From positions 82,517,590-82,581,589 of the forward strand of contig NC_057711.1 in assembly GCF_004010195.1 (NCBI RefSeq): 64,000 nucleotides of DNA. Reading direction: 5' to 3'. Positions 1-11,807 of the stretch are shown here, one piece after another; position 1 is the stretch's first letter, and the number at the start of each line of letters is the position of its first letter. The notes below the pieces were generated by a model that was not told the origin of the DNA, did no database searches, and saw only the letters and a list, made by a program, of their open reading frames with translations. This DNA comes from Chiloscyllium plagiosum. Lineage: Eukaryota. The position numbers and the translations under genes are program-made.

Positions 1-1322
1 AGATCCACTTCAAACCACTTTCCTGCTTGCCGGTGCACTCTTGTGACCTTGAAACCATTCTTCTGATCTCACTACTCTGAACCTCCTGGACACTGGAAGT
101 ACAATTTTTAAGTTCCCATCCTCCTGCTGAATTAGTTTACACCCTCCCGAAGTGCAGTAGCAAATCTCCAAACTCTCTCCCCCACCACCACCCCCCATCT
201 CCCCGTCCCCACCACAACCCAATCCCTGGATATTGGTACCCCTCTGATTCAGGTGTAAACAATCCTGTTTGCAGAGTTCCCACCTACCCCAGAATGAGCC
301 TCCCTCGCTCTCTCTCTTGCTCTCTGGCTCTTTCTCTCACTCTCAAATCCCCATTCCTTTTCCTACCTATGTCATTAGTGCCTATGTGGTCCACGACTTG
401 CCCTCTCCCTCAAGGATCCCAAAAACAGGATCCGAAACATCACGAACCCTGGCACCTGAGAGGCAATACACCAACTGTGAATTTCTCTCAGACCGACAGA
501 ACCTCCTTTCAGTCCCCTAACTATGGAGTCCCCAGTGAGTAATGGTCTGCTCCTCCCTCCCCTTCCCTTTTGAGGAACAGGGACAGATTGTGTGCCAGAG
601 ACCTGTACCCCATTGCTTACGCCAGTAAGTCATCCCATCCACTGTATACTTGTTGTTGAGGAGAACAGCCACGGGGGATCCCTACACTATCTGTCGGTTC
701 CCTTTCTGTCCCCTGACTGTAACTCATCTGCCTTTTTCTTGTACCTGAGGTGTGACTACCTCCCTGTAACTCCTCTCAACCCCCTCCACCTCCCAAATGA
801 TCCAAGGTTCATCCAGCTCCAGTTCCCAAATGTGGTTTTTGAGGAGCTGGAGTTGGGTACACTTCCCACAGATGAAGTCAGCCAGGTCATTTGTGGTGAC
901 CCTTACCTCCTACATTCAGCAGGAGGAATATTCAATTGTCCTAACCGCCATTCCCACTGTTCCAAATTCCCAAAGAAACAATTGAAATTTTTTTAAAAAA
1001 ACTAGTTACCTTACCAATCCAGCGCGTAGAACTTTTATTTTATTAAGAGGAGGATGGGTGGGAGACACGACCTAAGTAATGTTTTGGGTAACGCAACTGC
1101 CCAAATATGTTATTTCACTTAGCAGGCCAATGTCCATTCCTGCTCAGTGTGCGCTCCGCCTATTCACAAGGTCAGTTTTTAAAGCAGTGATTTACCTTCC
1201 TGGCAGCTCCTCTTCCTCTCTTCTTGCAGCTCCTGAAAAAAATGGCTCTCTAGGTAAATCCCTTTTTAAGTGGGAAACCTGCCTCCTGGAGCCCTTGCTC
1301 CTCTCTCCTCACAGCTGCTGAA
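1..1322 (-). mobile_element. CR1-clade LINE, 5'/ORF1 region with internal deletions
   Basis: Colinear similarity with the CR1 ORF1 region at 7560-8560 (e.g. cctggcacc...aacacacc, cccacatctgac-like segments). Frames are broken. Confidence 0.6.
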
Positions 1323-1719
1323 AAAATTGAGAGCAACAATTTATATGAAATGTGTCATTTCATCCTGTCGACTATGTGGTGTGATTCTGCCTTTTTGCAA
1401 TACATAGTTTGACCCACATTGTCAGGTGGAAACACCACAGAAATGTTTAGAGATTTGTAAACTATGGCAAAGAAAGGTGCAAATCATATGAATGGTAATG
1501 CAGCAGAAGGCACAGTGTAAATTTGTATTTGACTTGTGAACATGATCCCTTATCTGGTGTTCTGCAGATATAATTATGGTGTCATTGCTAGGAGAACAGC
1601 CAAGGGGGATCCCTACACGATCTGTCGGTTCCCTTTCTGTCTCCTGACTGTAACTCATCTGCCTTTTTCTTGTACCTGAGGTGTGACTACCTCCCTGTAA
1701 CTCCTCTCAACCCCCTCCA

Positions 1720-2360
1720 GAACACCTGTGGTTCATGCACAAGCATGACCCAAACCTTCCCAAAGCCAGTCATTTTAACACAGCATCCTGCTCGCATGCC
1801 CACTTGTCTGTCCTCAGCATGCTGCAATGCTCCAGCAAATCACAGTGCAAACTGGAGGAACAACATCTCCTCTTTAGACTAGCACTTTACAACCTTCAGG
1901 TCATAATATTGAGTAGATCACCTTCATATTGTGAACCCACTCCCATTCCTTCCCTTTTAGCTTTACTTGTTACATTCTCTGTCACCGTGTCCTCTCTCCC
2001 CAGTCCAGTGGAACACCATTGTTCAGCCATTCTCATCCTTTCTCCTCCAGCACCCCCCCCACCACAATTGCATAAATGTTACCCCCACCACACTTCATGT
2101 CAGCTCTGATGAAGAGTCATCTAGGTTCAACGTTAGCTGCTAGCTCTCCATGGACAAAGTTAAAATTCTCAACACCAGGTTATAGTCCACCAGGTTTATT
2201 TGAAAACACTTTTTCTTTTTAACTTGGTCCACCCCAGTCCAACACTGGCTCCTCCAAGTTATCTCTCCATGGATGCTGCTTGAAACCCTGTGATTTCTCG
2301 CAGATTTTTTTGTTTTCAGTACAAATTTCAACACCTGCAGTAATTTGCGCCTACATTATA
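1720..2360 (+). mobile_element. Penelope-like element 3' remnant (GIY-YIG C-terminus plus pLTR)
   Basis: The 1735-2109 frame contains KLEEQHLLFRL, typical of the PLE endonuclease C-terminus. It is followed by a CTGATGA...AACGTT hammerhead-like motif at 2106-2134 and the PLE tail (gatgctgc...ctgtgatttctc...tacattat). Confidence 0.7.
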
Positions 2361-2727
2361 TTGGTGGTTAATTTATGTTTGGAGTCTTCTCTCTTCTGGG
2401 TCTTGTCAGATGAGTGGATTATTGATTGCAAGAACATGTGGACTGCAGCAATTCAAGAAGGCATCCCACCATTACCTTTTCAAGGGCAACTAGGGGCAAG
2501 CAATTAATGCTGGCCAGCCAACAACACTCATGGCATGAGTAAATAAATTACAGCCAGTGACACAGTACCCTAATTCAGGGGTGTGCCTACATGTTTTCGT
2601 ACCTGTGAAATTCCTATCTGTACGAATGAAAGTGAAGGCTACAACTTTAAGAAACAAATCTTGCTTCAGATAGACAATGAAAAAGAAGTGCAAACACAAA
2701 GACCTTTAGATCACATGCTGATGCTAC

Positions 2728-3080
2728 TGAGAATGTGTATAGGGTTTAAGCGGGCAGGGAAAGAGTTAAGTTCTAAGTTTTGTGAAGCAAGAGATTGAGC
2801 TGAGCATGACTCAGATCAGATAAGAACTTGTAGTTAACAATGGGGTGCTGGAGGCAAGAGTAATGGGTTAACAAGGTGGAAAAGTATCAATTATGTAGAG
2901 CCATTTAACAAGATGAGGTAGCATTCGATATGTAAGGTCAGTTAACATGGCATTCATTGTGAAGTAAGGTATTCATTGCCAAAGATGGCTTAATCTTTAC
3001 TATTGACATTCGTTAATTTTAACAGTCACCAAATCAATATGTATGTTGCCTTATCGGGATGCTCCTCCCTGTAAAATGAC
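2728..3080 (+). mobile_element. Partial LTR of the same family as 9814-10268
   Basis: Begins with the same TGAGAATGTGTATAGG and shares blocks such as AGCTGAGCATGACTCAGATCAGATAAGAACTTG and GTAATGGGTTAACAAGGTGGAAA. Cut at ~3081 by a DNA-transposon end. Confidence 0.65.
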
Positions 3081-3081
3081 T

Positions 3082-3540
3082 GCAGAGGAACCTCGATTAT
3101 CTGAACGAGACGGGTGGGCACTATTTCCTTCAGATAATTAATTATTCAGTTAATCGATTCAATGCTTTTCCTCTGGGGCTCAGAGTTTTCTGTAAAAGTC
3201 TGCTCCCTGTTCAGACTAGGCAGCAGCACACCACGCATGAGTGCCTGCCTCCCACAACCCTTTCCAACACCGGCCCCGCCTGTGCCCCCCGCCCAGTGCA
3301 CCCCAAACCCCGTCCAACACCACGCCCTTCCCCCACATTGGTGTCTCGAGACGGACAGGCCCACAAAGTAAGATTTTAAACCTTGGTCCCTCTCAATATT
3401 CCTGTGTGCCGGAGACAGTTCCTTTACTTGATCACTCTCTGTTCTAAGGATTCCTCGAACTGTAATTAGTTCAGTCGAGAGACGCTGTTTCACAAGCATG
3501 CTGGCAGGCAAAGGTTCAAGTCCCTGTGCTGCATTGGGGG
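3082..3540. mobile_element. Tigger/pogo-like non-autonomous DNA transposon, left end
   Basis: Starts CAGAGGAACCTCGATTATCTGAA, resembling Tigger-type termini. A matching inverted end (TTCAGATAATTTAGGTTACTCTG) occurs at ~31980-32002. Right boundary uncertain. Confidence 0.5.
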
Positions 3541-3790
3541 GAGGGGTGTATGATTGAGTCCTCTTTGTGATATTGGGGTTCAGGTCCCCTGGGTGGGTTT
3601 GGGTTGAGATTTGAGTCTTCGGTACGGTACTGGGGTTCAAGTCTACTGGGTGAGTTGATTTGAGGTACAAGTCCTCCGCACTGTGCTGAGGTTCGAGCTT
3701 TCTGTGTTTAATTGGGGTTCAAGCCCCCGTGAGGAGTAAAGTGGGGTAGGGGATTAAAGTCCCCTAGTGGTGAAATTTGAGGCTGTGAGT
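3505..3790. repeat. Degenerate G/T-rich minisatellite (GGGGTTCAAGTCC-like core, ~20-25 bp period)
   Basis: Recurring ggggttcaggtccc, ggggttcaagtcta, gaggtacaagtcc, gaggttcgagc and ggggttcaagccc. Confidence 0.55.
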
Positions 3791-5003
3791 CATTGTTCTT
3801 GAGGAAGAGAGTGGCTTGGATTGCAGCGTCATGTGGTTCACTGCGAGGGCTTTCTCTTTTTATAAATGTAATTTCAATGAGAGGATGCCACAAAAAGAAA
3901 TGAAGGTGAGAAACACTGAAATTAAGGTTGTACTATACTTGGGTTGAAAGAGGAGAATTTCACTGTAGATTGTCCCATGCTGAGTGTGTTTGATGTTTAA
4001 AATATTTTGGTTTGTTAAAATACTGGCTCAGAAAATTCTTTTAACTAACTGCTTTGCCTTGTTTGAATCAGGATTTCAATTCAATGTGTTTTGAGGGCTG
4101 TGTAGTGGGGCAGGTTTTGTTTTTACATTGAAATTTAACAACATTATGCCTTTTTCAAATTATCAAACTTGTAACCTTAAACAAATTGAGGACTTTGAGC
4201 CCCTGATTTGTTTGAAATTCTACAAAAAGAAGAGTGCATTTTTAGTTTAATGTTTTGTTAAGTTTTTCTAGAGAATATTAGAATTTGAGGCTGAGCTGCT
4301 TAACTTCTGTTAATTATTGTTAAGATTTCATTGGCCCCCTTCATATTGCACATTCAAAGAGTGTTGATCTCTACCAAAGTTGCTACTGTAATTCCGACTG
4401 CTTTATTTGGGAAGTTTCATTTGGAGCACATATTTTAAAATATTCAGCATTTGTTTCCCACAAATATTTCAGATTTAAATCTGAACCGAAACTGCCTCTT
4501 CAGTTGCTAAAGCACAGGAAACATTTTATTGTTTTCTTGCTGTTCCAGGATTTTGAAATATTTTGCCTGATAGCTTTCACATTAGCCAAATATCAACTTG
4601 TTAAAACAAAATGTTTGAATAACCTGAATGGAGGCAGCCGAGGGTTTGATTTGGGACCATTGCTTGTTGTTTGTAATTGACTGACTGACTGAATTATTTA
4701 GGCAGTACAATTTAGACTTTTATGGATTTTATGAAACTTGATAATATCATAAATAGTGAAAAGTGTAACACGCTTCAACGAATCAAAGAAGGTTGAAATA
4801 GGCAGATACAATTTAGTGTAGTTAAGTGTGACTGTCTTTATACTGATCACTACCTTGGCAAGGAGGGAATGAGAGGGGGAATGCAAAGATACTTTCAGTA
4901 GCTAACATCTTCTCTAGAGTTTCTCCATTCACAGGTGAAGTCCGCCTTTGGACCACCACCCACTCCTCCACAGCCTGATCCAACAAATTCAATCAGTTCC
5001 CCA

Positions 5004-5785
5004 GTCATAGAGATGTACAGCATGGAAATACACCCTTCGGTCCAACCCATCCATGCCGACCAGATATCCCAACCCAATCTAGTCCCACCTGCCAGCACCT
5101 GGCCCATATCCCTCCAAACCCTTCCTATTCATATACCCATCCAAATGCCTCTTAAATGTTGCAATTGTACCAGCCTCCACCACATCCTCTGGCAGCTCAT
5201 TCCATACACGTACCACCCTCTGTGTGAAAAAGTTGCCCCTTAGGTCTCTTTTATGTCTCTTTTATTTCATGTATCTATCCAAATACCTTTGAAATGTAAT
5301 AAAACTGCATCCACAACTTCTTCAGAATGTTCATTCCACATGCAAACCACCCTGTGTGCAAAAAAATTGCCTCTTATGTCTTTTTAAAATCTCTTTCCTC
5401 TCACCTTAAAATTGTAGCCTCTGGTCTTGAAATTCCACATCTTAGGAAAAAGACAACTACCATCAACTCTATCTAAACCTTTCATTGTTTTACAAACTTT
5501 TATCAAGACAGTTCTCAACCTCTTATGCTCCAGTGAAAAAGGTCCCAGACTATCCAGCCTTTCTTTATAATTCAAATCTTCCATACCCTGCTCTATTCTG
5601 GTAGATCTCTTTTGAACCCTCTTCAGCTTGATAATATCCTTTCTATAACTGGGTGACCACAACTGGACACATTATTCCAGAAGAGGCCTCACCAATGTCC
5701 TCTACAGCCTCAACATAACGTCCCAACTCCTATACTCAAAGGGCCCAGCAGTGAAGGCAAGCGTGCAAACTCCTTTTTAACCACT
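5004..5785 (-). mobile_element. Two adjacent CR1 LINE 3' ends (RT C-terminus plus 3' UTR)
   Basis: ORF 5384-5662 reads WSPSYRKDIIKLKRVQKR...LFSLE..RLR. The CR1 tail gtcatagagatgtacagcatggaaa is at 5004. Confidence 0.85.
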
Positions 5786-6560
5786 TTTTTTTATTGAAAA
5801 AGGTTTTTATTTTTTACAAAATTATAAAAATACAAAAGGTAATATACCAATCTTATATTACAAAAACATTAACAATAAAGTACCTGGGGATCCAAGATGG
5901 TGGCGACCCAGCAAGTCTGAGTCTATAGTGCTCCTCCCAAGACTTGGGCAAAGTGGGTCACCCGCCTCCACCACACTCACCAAATCATTTTACTTAATGT
6001 AATTAGTTGCATAGTACTGAATTTAAACAATTTAATCTCCAGTAAAAATGACTAAAGGGAAGGGAGCCCTCAGTTCTCAGCAGGCAGGAATCCCTCCCCC
6101 ACCCTCTCCAGCTGCAGCAGAGGTGTCCGCAGCCGTCCTGGGGGACTTACCTACAGTGACGAGCCTCGTGGAAATAATCTCTAAACTCGATGCGAAGGTT
6201 GACGCCTTCATCGAAGAGTCCCGGAGCCGATGGGACTCACTCTCGGCTGCGCTACAAAAGCATGACCGAGACATCTAGGAAATTGAGCCCAAGTCGGAGG
6301 GGTGGAGCTAAAGGCCGCGACCTCCGAGACCATTGCAGACTCGGCCGTGGATCGGGTCCAAACTCTCGAACAGCGAGTTCGGATCTTAGAGAATCACATT
6401 GATGACCTTGAGAATCAAGCTCGTCGGAAAAGTATTCGTTTGCTGGGCCTTCCCAAACGGGAAGAGGAAGGCCAACTTACAGCGTTTGTCGAGCAGTGGC
6501 TTCCACAGCTTTAAATCTGGAGGTTGGATCATGCCAGGTAAGGGTGGAATGGGCCTACCG
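5785..6560 (+). mobile_element. L1-clade LINE: 5' UTR plus ORF1 (+), preceded by an inverted A-rich 3' tail (-)
   Basis: 5' end GGGGATCCAAGATGG at ~5887. ORF1 (6048-6514, one stop and a frameshift) reads ...LEQRVRILENHIDDLENQARRKSIRLLGLP, the L1 ORF1p coiled-coil/RRM motif. T-rich tail at 5785-5880. Runs into the gap. Confidence 0.85.
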
Positions 6561-6751
6561 NNNNNNNNNNNNNNNNNNNNNNNNNNNNNNNNNNNNNNNN
6601 NNNNNNNNNNNNNNNNNNNNNNNNNNNNNNNNNNNNNNNNNNNNNNNNNNNNNNNNNNNNNNNNNNNNNNNNNNNNNNNNNNNNNNNNNNNNNNNNNNNN
6701 NNNNNNNNNNNNNNNNNNNNNNNNNNNNNNNNNNNNNNNNNNNNNNNNNNN
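6561..6751. other. Assembly gap (others at 31400-31899, 46369-46783, 50900-51399, 60296-60333)
   Basis: Runs of N. The two exactly 500 nt gaps are probably nominal sizes. Confidence 0.99.
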
Positions 6752-8875
6752 AAGTTCTTGCCTAATACCGTCAAAATTGGCCTTTCTCCTATTTAGAACT
6801 TTAACTTTTAGATCTGGTCTATCCTTTTCCATCACTATTTTAAAACGAATAGAATTATGGTCACTGGCCCCAAAGTGCTCCCCCACTGACACCTCAGTCA
6901 CCTGCCCTGCCTTATTTCCCAAGAGTAGGTCAAGGCTTTCACCTTCTCTTGTAGGTACATCCACACTGAATCAGAAAATTGTCTTGTACACACTTAACAA
7001 ATTCCTCTCCATCTAAACGTTTAACACTATGGCAGTCCCACTCGATGTTTGGAAAGTTAAAATCCCCTGCCATAACTACCCTATTATTCTTGCAGATTAG
7101 CTGAGATCTCCTTACAAGTTTGTTTCTCAATTTCCCTCTGACAATTAGGGGGTCTATAATACACTCCCAATAAGGTGATCATCCCTTTCTTATTTCTCAG
7201 TTTCACCCAAATAACTTCCCTGGATGTATTTCTGGGAATATCCTCCCTCAGCACAGCTGTAATGCTATCCCTTATTGAAAATGCCACTCCCCCTCCTCTC
7301 ATGCCTCCCTTTCTATCCTTCCTGTAGCATTTGTATCCTGGAACATTAAGCTGCCAGTCCTGCCCATCCCTGAGCCATGTTTCCATAATTGCTATGATAT
7401 CCCAGTCCCATGTTCCTAACCATGCCCTGAGTTCATCTGCCTTCCCTGTTAGGCCCCTTGCATTGAAATAAATGCTGTTTGATTTATTAGTCCTACCTTG
7501 TCCCTTCCTGCCCTGACTGTTCTCGGCTGTACCTGTCTCAGATCAATCTCTTTCCTCACTATCTCCCTGGGTCCCACCCCCCCAACCTTACTAGTTTAAA
7601 TCCTCCTGAGCAGCTCTAGCAAATTTCCCTGCCAGTATATTGGTACTTTTCCAATTTAGGTGCAATCCGTCCTTCTTGTACAGGTCAATTCTACCCCAAA
7701 AGAGATTCCAATGATCCAAAAATGTGAATCCTTCTCCCAGACACCAGCTCCTCAGCCATGCATTCATCTGCTCTATCCTCCTATTCCTGCCCTCACTAGC
7801 TCGTAGCACTGAGAGTAATCAAGATATTACTACCCTTGAGGACCTCGTTTTTAAATTTCTGCGTAACTCTCTGTAATCTCCCTTCAGAGTCTCAACCTTT
7901 TCCCTTCCAATGTTGTTGGTTCCAATGTGAACAATGACCTGCTGGCCCCTCTCCCCCATGAGAACATTCTGCACCCTCTGAAACATTCTTGATCCTGGCA
8001 CCAAGGAAACAACACACCGTTCTGCTTTTTCTCTGCTGGCCACAGAAACGTCTGTCTGTACCTCTGACTACAGAATCCCCTAACACAATTGATCTCTTGG
8101 AAGCCGACATATCCCTCGTTGCATTAGAGCCAGTCTCAATACCAGAAACTTGGCTGATCGTGCTACGTTCCCCTGAGAATCCATCACCCCCTACATTTTC
8201 CAAAACAGCATACCTGTTTGAAATGGGTATATCCACAAAAGGCTCCTGCACTCGGTGCCAACCTCTCTCACCCTTCCTGGAGTTAACCCATCTATGTGAC
8301 TGTATCTGAGACTTTACCCCCTTCCTATAACTGCCATCCATCACATACTTTACTGTTGCAAATTCCTCATTGCTTCTATCTGTCTCTCCAACCGATCCAC
8401 TCGATCTGATGAGATTCGCATCCAACAGCATTTATGGCAGATATAATCCGCAGTAACCCTTGAACTCTGTTTAAACTCCCACATCTGACAAGAAGTACAT
8501 ATCACTGCAAAGGCCATTTTTGCTCCTTCACAGTCTACAGACCCAGAAAATAACAATGTCTTATTCCTCTACAAACACTGCCCCAGGTTAAATTAATAGC
8601 TATGGCTTATATTTTAAGTTTAAGCAAGAGACTTCTCTCCAAAAACACATAATCAAGAAAGAATCTACTATACTCACTACTGCAGCCTTTCTCTTGGACA
8701 GACTTAAAACAACAATTAACTTATCTGATTCTGTGCTGTGAACTTCGCTCAACAGTTCCTCTAAGATTAGTTGTGAATTTCACTGTTTGTTAATTTTCCC
8801 AGATGCACTCCGATGTTCAGCGATACACTAATTCAAACAGCAAAGGCAGTAACTGTGCAGGTTTTCTCACTTTCG

Positions 8876-8924
<49 letters not shown>

Positions 8925-9158
8925 CCCCCTGCACTGTCCGCACCATGTGCTTCCTTTGTCTACTCGTCTCCCTTTTAAACTGCTGTTGTTTTGACTTTTT
9001 TTTTTCAAAGTTCCAAAACAATGCAACAGCATATAAAACAGTAATTGCTGCTCCTGGAATTTGAGAAATTCACCTCCAGCACCTAAAATGCCTCAAAAAA
9101 AGGTGCAGCTGTTACAGCCAGAAGTTTTTCCCGTCCTCCATCTTGGATTACCCACAAT
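6752..9158 (-). mobile_element. CR1 LINE 5' half: 5' UTR, ORF1 (zinc finger plus SGNH esterase) and ORF2 AP endonuclease
   Basis: ICTSCQMWE...YICHKC; VLGDSVVRG, VHIGTNN and DGLHLN esterase motifs; ETWL, GGGVA, GDFN, LDL and SDHN endonuclease motifs. Frameshifted. Confidence 0.92.
8879..8920. repeat. (TC)n microsatellite in the CR1 5' UTR
   Basis: About 21 uninterrupted TC units. Confidence 0.95.
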
Positions 9159-9175
9159 CCTTCTTTTGCATGAAA

Positions 9176-9454
9176 AGTGAAGAGGATATCAGTACGCTTT
9201 TTGTCAGTGACCTTCCTATGGACGTTAAACCACGTGAGCTTTACCTTGTCTTTCGATCATTTTAGGGATATGCAGGTTCACTGATCAAGCTAACATCAAA
9301 ACAGCCAGTTGGCTTTGTTACATTTAACAGCAGAGTGGGAGAAGGCGCAGCGAAGAATGCTACGTCCTAGCTTGCAGCTGCTATACTGTACACTCAGACG
9401 CGCTGGTATCCTCCATCTGAAGCATCTGCAGAAGGATGGAAGTCTCAGTTTTAT
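9176..9454 (+). pseudogene. Processed, internally deleted pseudogene of RBPMS/RBPMS2 (RRM RNA-binding protein)
   Basis: One frame reads [91 protein letters not shown]. This is the RBPMS-family RRM N-half joined to the family C-terminus (RWxPxSE..GWKxRQFC). No introns. Stops at 9263-9265 and 9368-9370. Confidence 0.92.
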
Positions 9455-9801
9455 GAAGCATTTAACTGCCCTTATCCAATAATTTGGATTTCTCCATGGA
9501 GTGGTGTGCAAGTACAGACTGAATTTTGTTTTCAGGTTGGACTTTACTGAGGTAATTTGGGAGAACTAGCTCATTTCCACTCGACTTGGAGGGGATGGAG
9601 TGGTCACTAAGGACTTTGGATTTATGAAGTTTACTGGTGAATTTTTTTTCTACATGGGAGGATTCTTCAAACTCTTTACTGTAACGGACTCGTAATTTTT
9701 GTTGTTATATTCATTGTATGCTGTGTATCAATAACTTGCTTAAATACTGGCTGTCAGAGTCTTCTGAAAGCTGGTAATGCCATTGGTTATCATGAAATGA
9801 T

Positions 9802-9813
9802 AAAAGGAGGGAA
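9802..9813 (+). other. Polypurine tract of an LTR retroelement
   Basis: AAAAGGAGGGAA lies immediately before the TG start of the LTR at 9814. Confidence 0.7.
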
Positions 9814-10268
9814 TGAGAATGTGTATAGGATCTAAGCAGGCAGGGAAGGAGTTAAGTTAAGTTCTAAGTTTTGTGAAACGTGGTTCAGCTGAGCATGACT
9901 CAGATCAGATAAGAACTTGCAGTTAACAATGGGGTGCTAGAGGAAAAGGTAATGGGTTAACAAGGTGGAAAATAATTTGTTACGGACAGCCATTTAACAG
10001 GATGACATAACATTCAGTGTGTAACGTCAGTTAACAAGGTGAATAATATTGTAATAATGAGTACTACAGCCTGTGTATTACTCATTTCTCTTTCACAAAA
10101 GAAAAAAAATATATAGTTCATTGAAAAACTGCTGTTTCAGAGAAGTCCGTGAACTCATGTCTATGTGCACATGAGCGATCATTCTCTATCCCTCCACGGC
10201 CTGGAATAAAGATGAAGGAGGTGTGTCTCCTTCGTTTTGCTTTGACTGAGGGGGGATACGGGACGACA
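9814..10268 (+). mobile_element. LTR (3' LTR, ERV/Gypsy-like)
   Basis: Starts TG after a PPT, has TATATA near 10110 and AATAAA at 10205-10210, and ends ...GACGACA. The first ~225 nt are homologous to 2728-2950. Confidence 0.7.
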
Positions 10269-10439
10269 ATACTGTAACAGCAGGAAGCAAGTTTAAAAAA
10301 AAATCCAGTCAATAAACTAATGAGGTGCTGAATGCTGGTTTGAGTTGGACTAATTTTTGAGGTATTGGTCTGAGTATTTGGCACTATATTGTAGAGCCTG
10401 AAGACCACCAGGGGACCCCAAACAATTTATTAGAACTGC

Positions 10440-11290
10440 ACTTGCATAATCAGTCTGTTGCCCTAATTTCATGTGCACCTAGAACTCTCAGAGCTGACTG
10501 GAAAGAAAATTAAATGTAAGGCATGCCAAAGCATGTTGCCTCTTTTGTCATGCGTAGGCCTGAAGCTTGTAGATGTTTGTTCCCTGAAATGTGTGTGTTG
10601 AGTTGCTTTGCTGCTTAGACCTTTGGTATCTTTTAGGTGGAAAACAAACCAGAAGAAAAATGTCGATACTATTTCATATTTATATTGCTCGGGATTGACT
10701 TTCATGCTTGGATTGTGGATTGATTTTGCTAATTTAAACACACTTGTGTACCTACTTTGAAAGAGTGATTAAAGCAGCAATTGATCCACAAAGGAAGTGT
10801 TGAATGATCTTACCTCAAGTTTTGCCACCATTCTTATACCCAGAAAACCATTACAGATATTGTTAACACTTGGTGTCAAGTGATGCTCCCTGATACATCT
10901 GTTTAACTGTGATTTGATAAAGGTGTTGTGTCCTTAACCGTTTCCTCAGCATATTGTCGTGCACTTTTAAGACTGCCTTTCATGCTGATGTACCTTAAAC
11001 ATCAGCTGTGGTTACACCTCCTCTGCCTTTTTCTTCTCTTGAGTCAGTGGCCAGACTTGATTGCAGCATTCAAAGGTTTATCCTGGAAAAGAGAATCATT
11101 TACGTATAGCTACACCAGATATGTAGCCAATCAATTCTTGAAAGTTAAATTGGCTTCTGTTAGTTTCATGAAGCTGCTTCATCACAAACCAGATCATTGC
11201 AACATGCTGTTGAGAAATTTGTGTGGTGTGGACAGGCAAAGGGAAACCAATCACAGCAGTTGACTGATGAGATGACCGTTTGTGAAAGTA
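10440..11290 (-). mobile_element. Highly decayed Gypsy-like gag/protease remnant
   Basis: The minus strand has weak echoes of Gypsy gag (FLNxMLxxxLVC-like near 11190-11220). No intact frame. Confidence 0.25.
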
Positions 11291-11807
11291 GTTTCTGGTT
11301 ACCTAAAGGATTCTCTTTTTCCCATTTTATAATTATTTTACACTTGCATTTCTTTTACTGAAGATTTTGTTCTTTTCCCACGAGAGACCAACTGAAATAG
11401 TGTAATCACTAATATTTTATATAAAACTTTCATCTGCAGTCTGATTTTACTTTATTATTCAAGGCTTATTTGTTAGACCCTCCAGTGTTGTGACTCAGTG
11501 TTAAATATTTGGTGGTACACTTGCATCCCAGCTTTCCTGGTGTTCTACCATAGCTTGATATCATGCTTATTCATAATTAGCAAACAGTTATCATGCCAGA
11601 CTCTGAGACGGAGTCACTGCACATGATTAAGAGTTCTGTGGTTGTACATAGAACTTTGTTTTCTTGTGATGGTATAGGTAGTAAGATGGTATTATCTTAT
11701 CTACTGACATCAATCATAAAGAATAATTGCCAAATTTCTGCAGAGTGATATGTGATGGATTAGAGATGTGTTGAAAACTTACATAATCTTACCTTTCATT
11801 TGCTTAG

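Noticed and set aside
3794..3905. Possible exon ending in a strong donor AAG|GTGAGA
   Set aside because: There is no recognisable peptide or convincing acceptor, so it cannot be supported without transcript data.
6386..7016. Long ORFs in the track that span N runs (also 31381-32052, 46357-47151, 50891-51490)
   Set aside because: Their length is an artefact of assembly gaps, and the flanking residues are TE-derived.
9176..9454. Functional RBPMS-like gene
   Set aside because: It has two in-frame stops, lacks the second half of the RRM, and its 5' part is cut off by a CR1.
1..11807. Upstream QNG1 exons
   Set aside because: I found no segment matching the N-terminal or middle part of the protein. 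They presumably lie before the window, so this region is treated as intron by inference.
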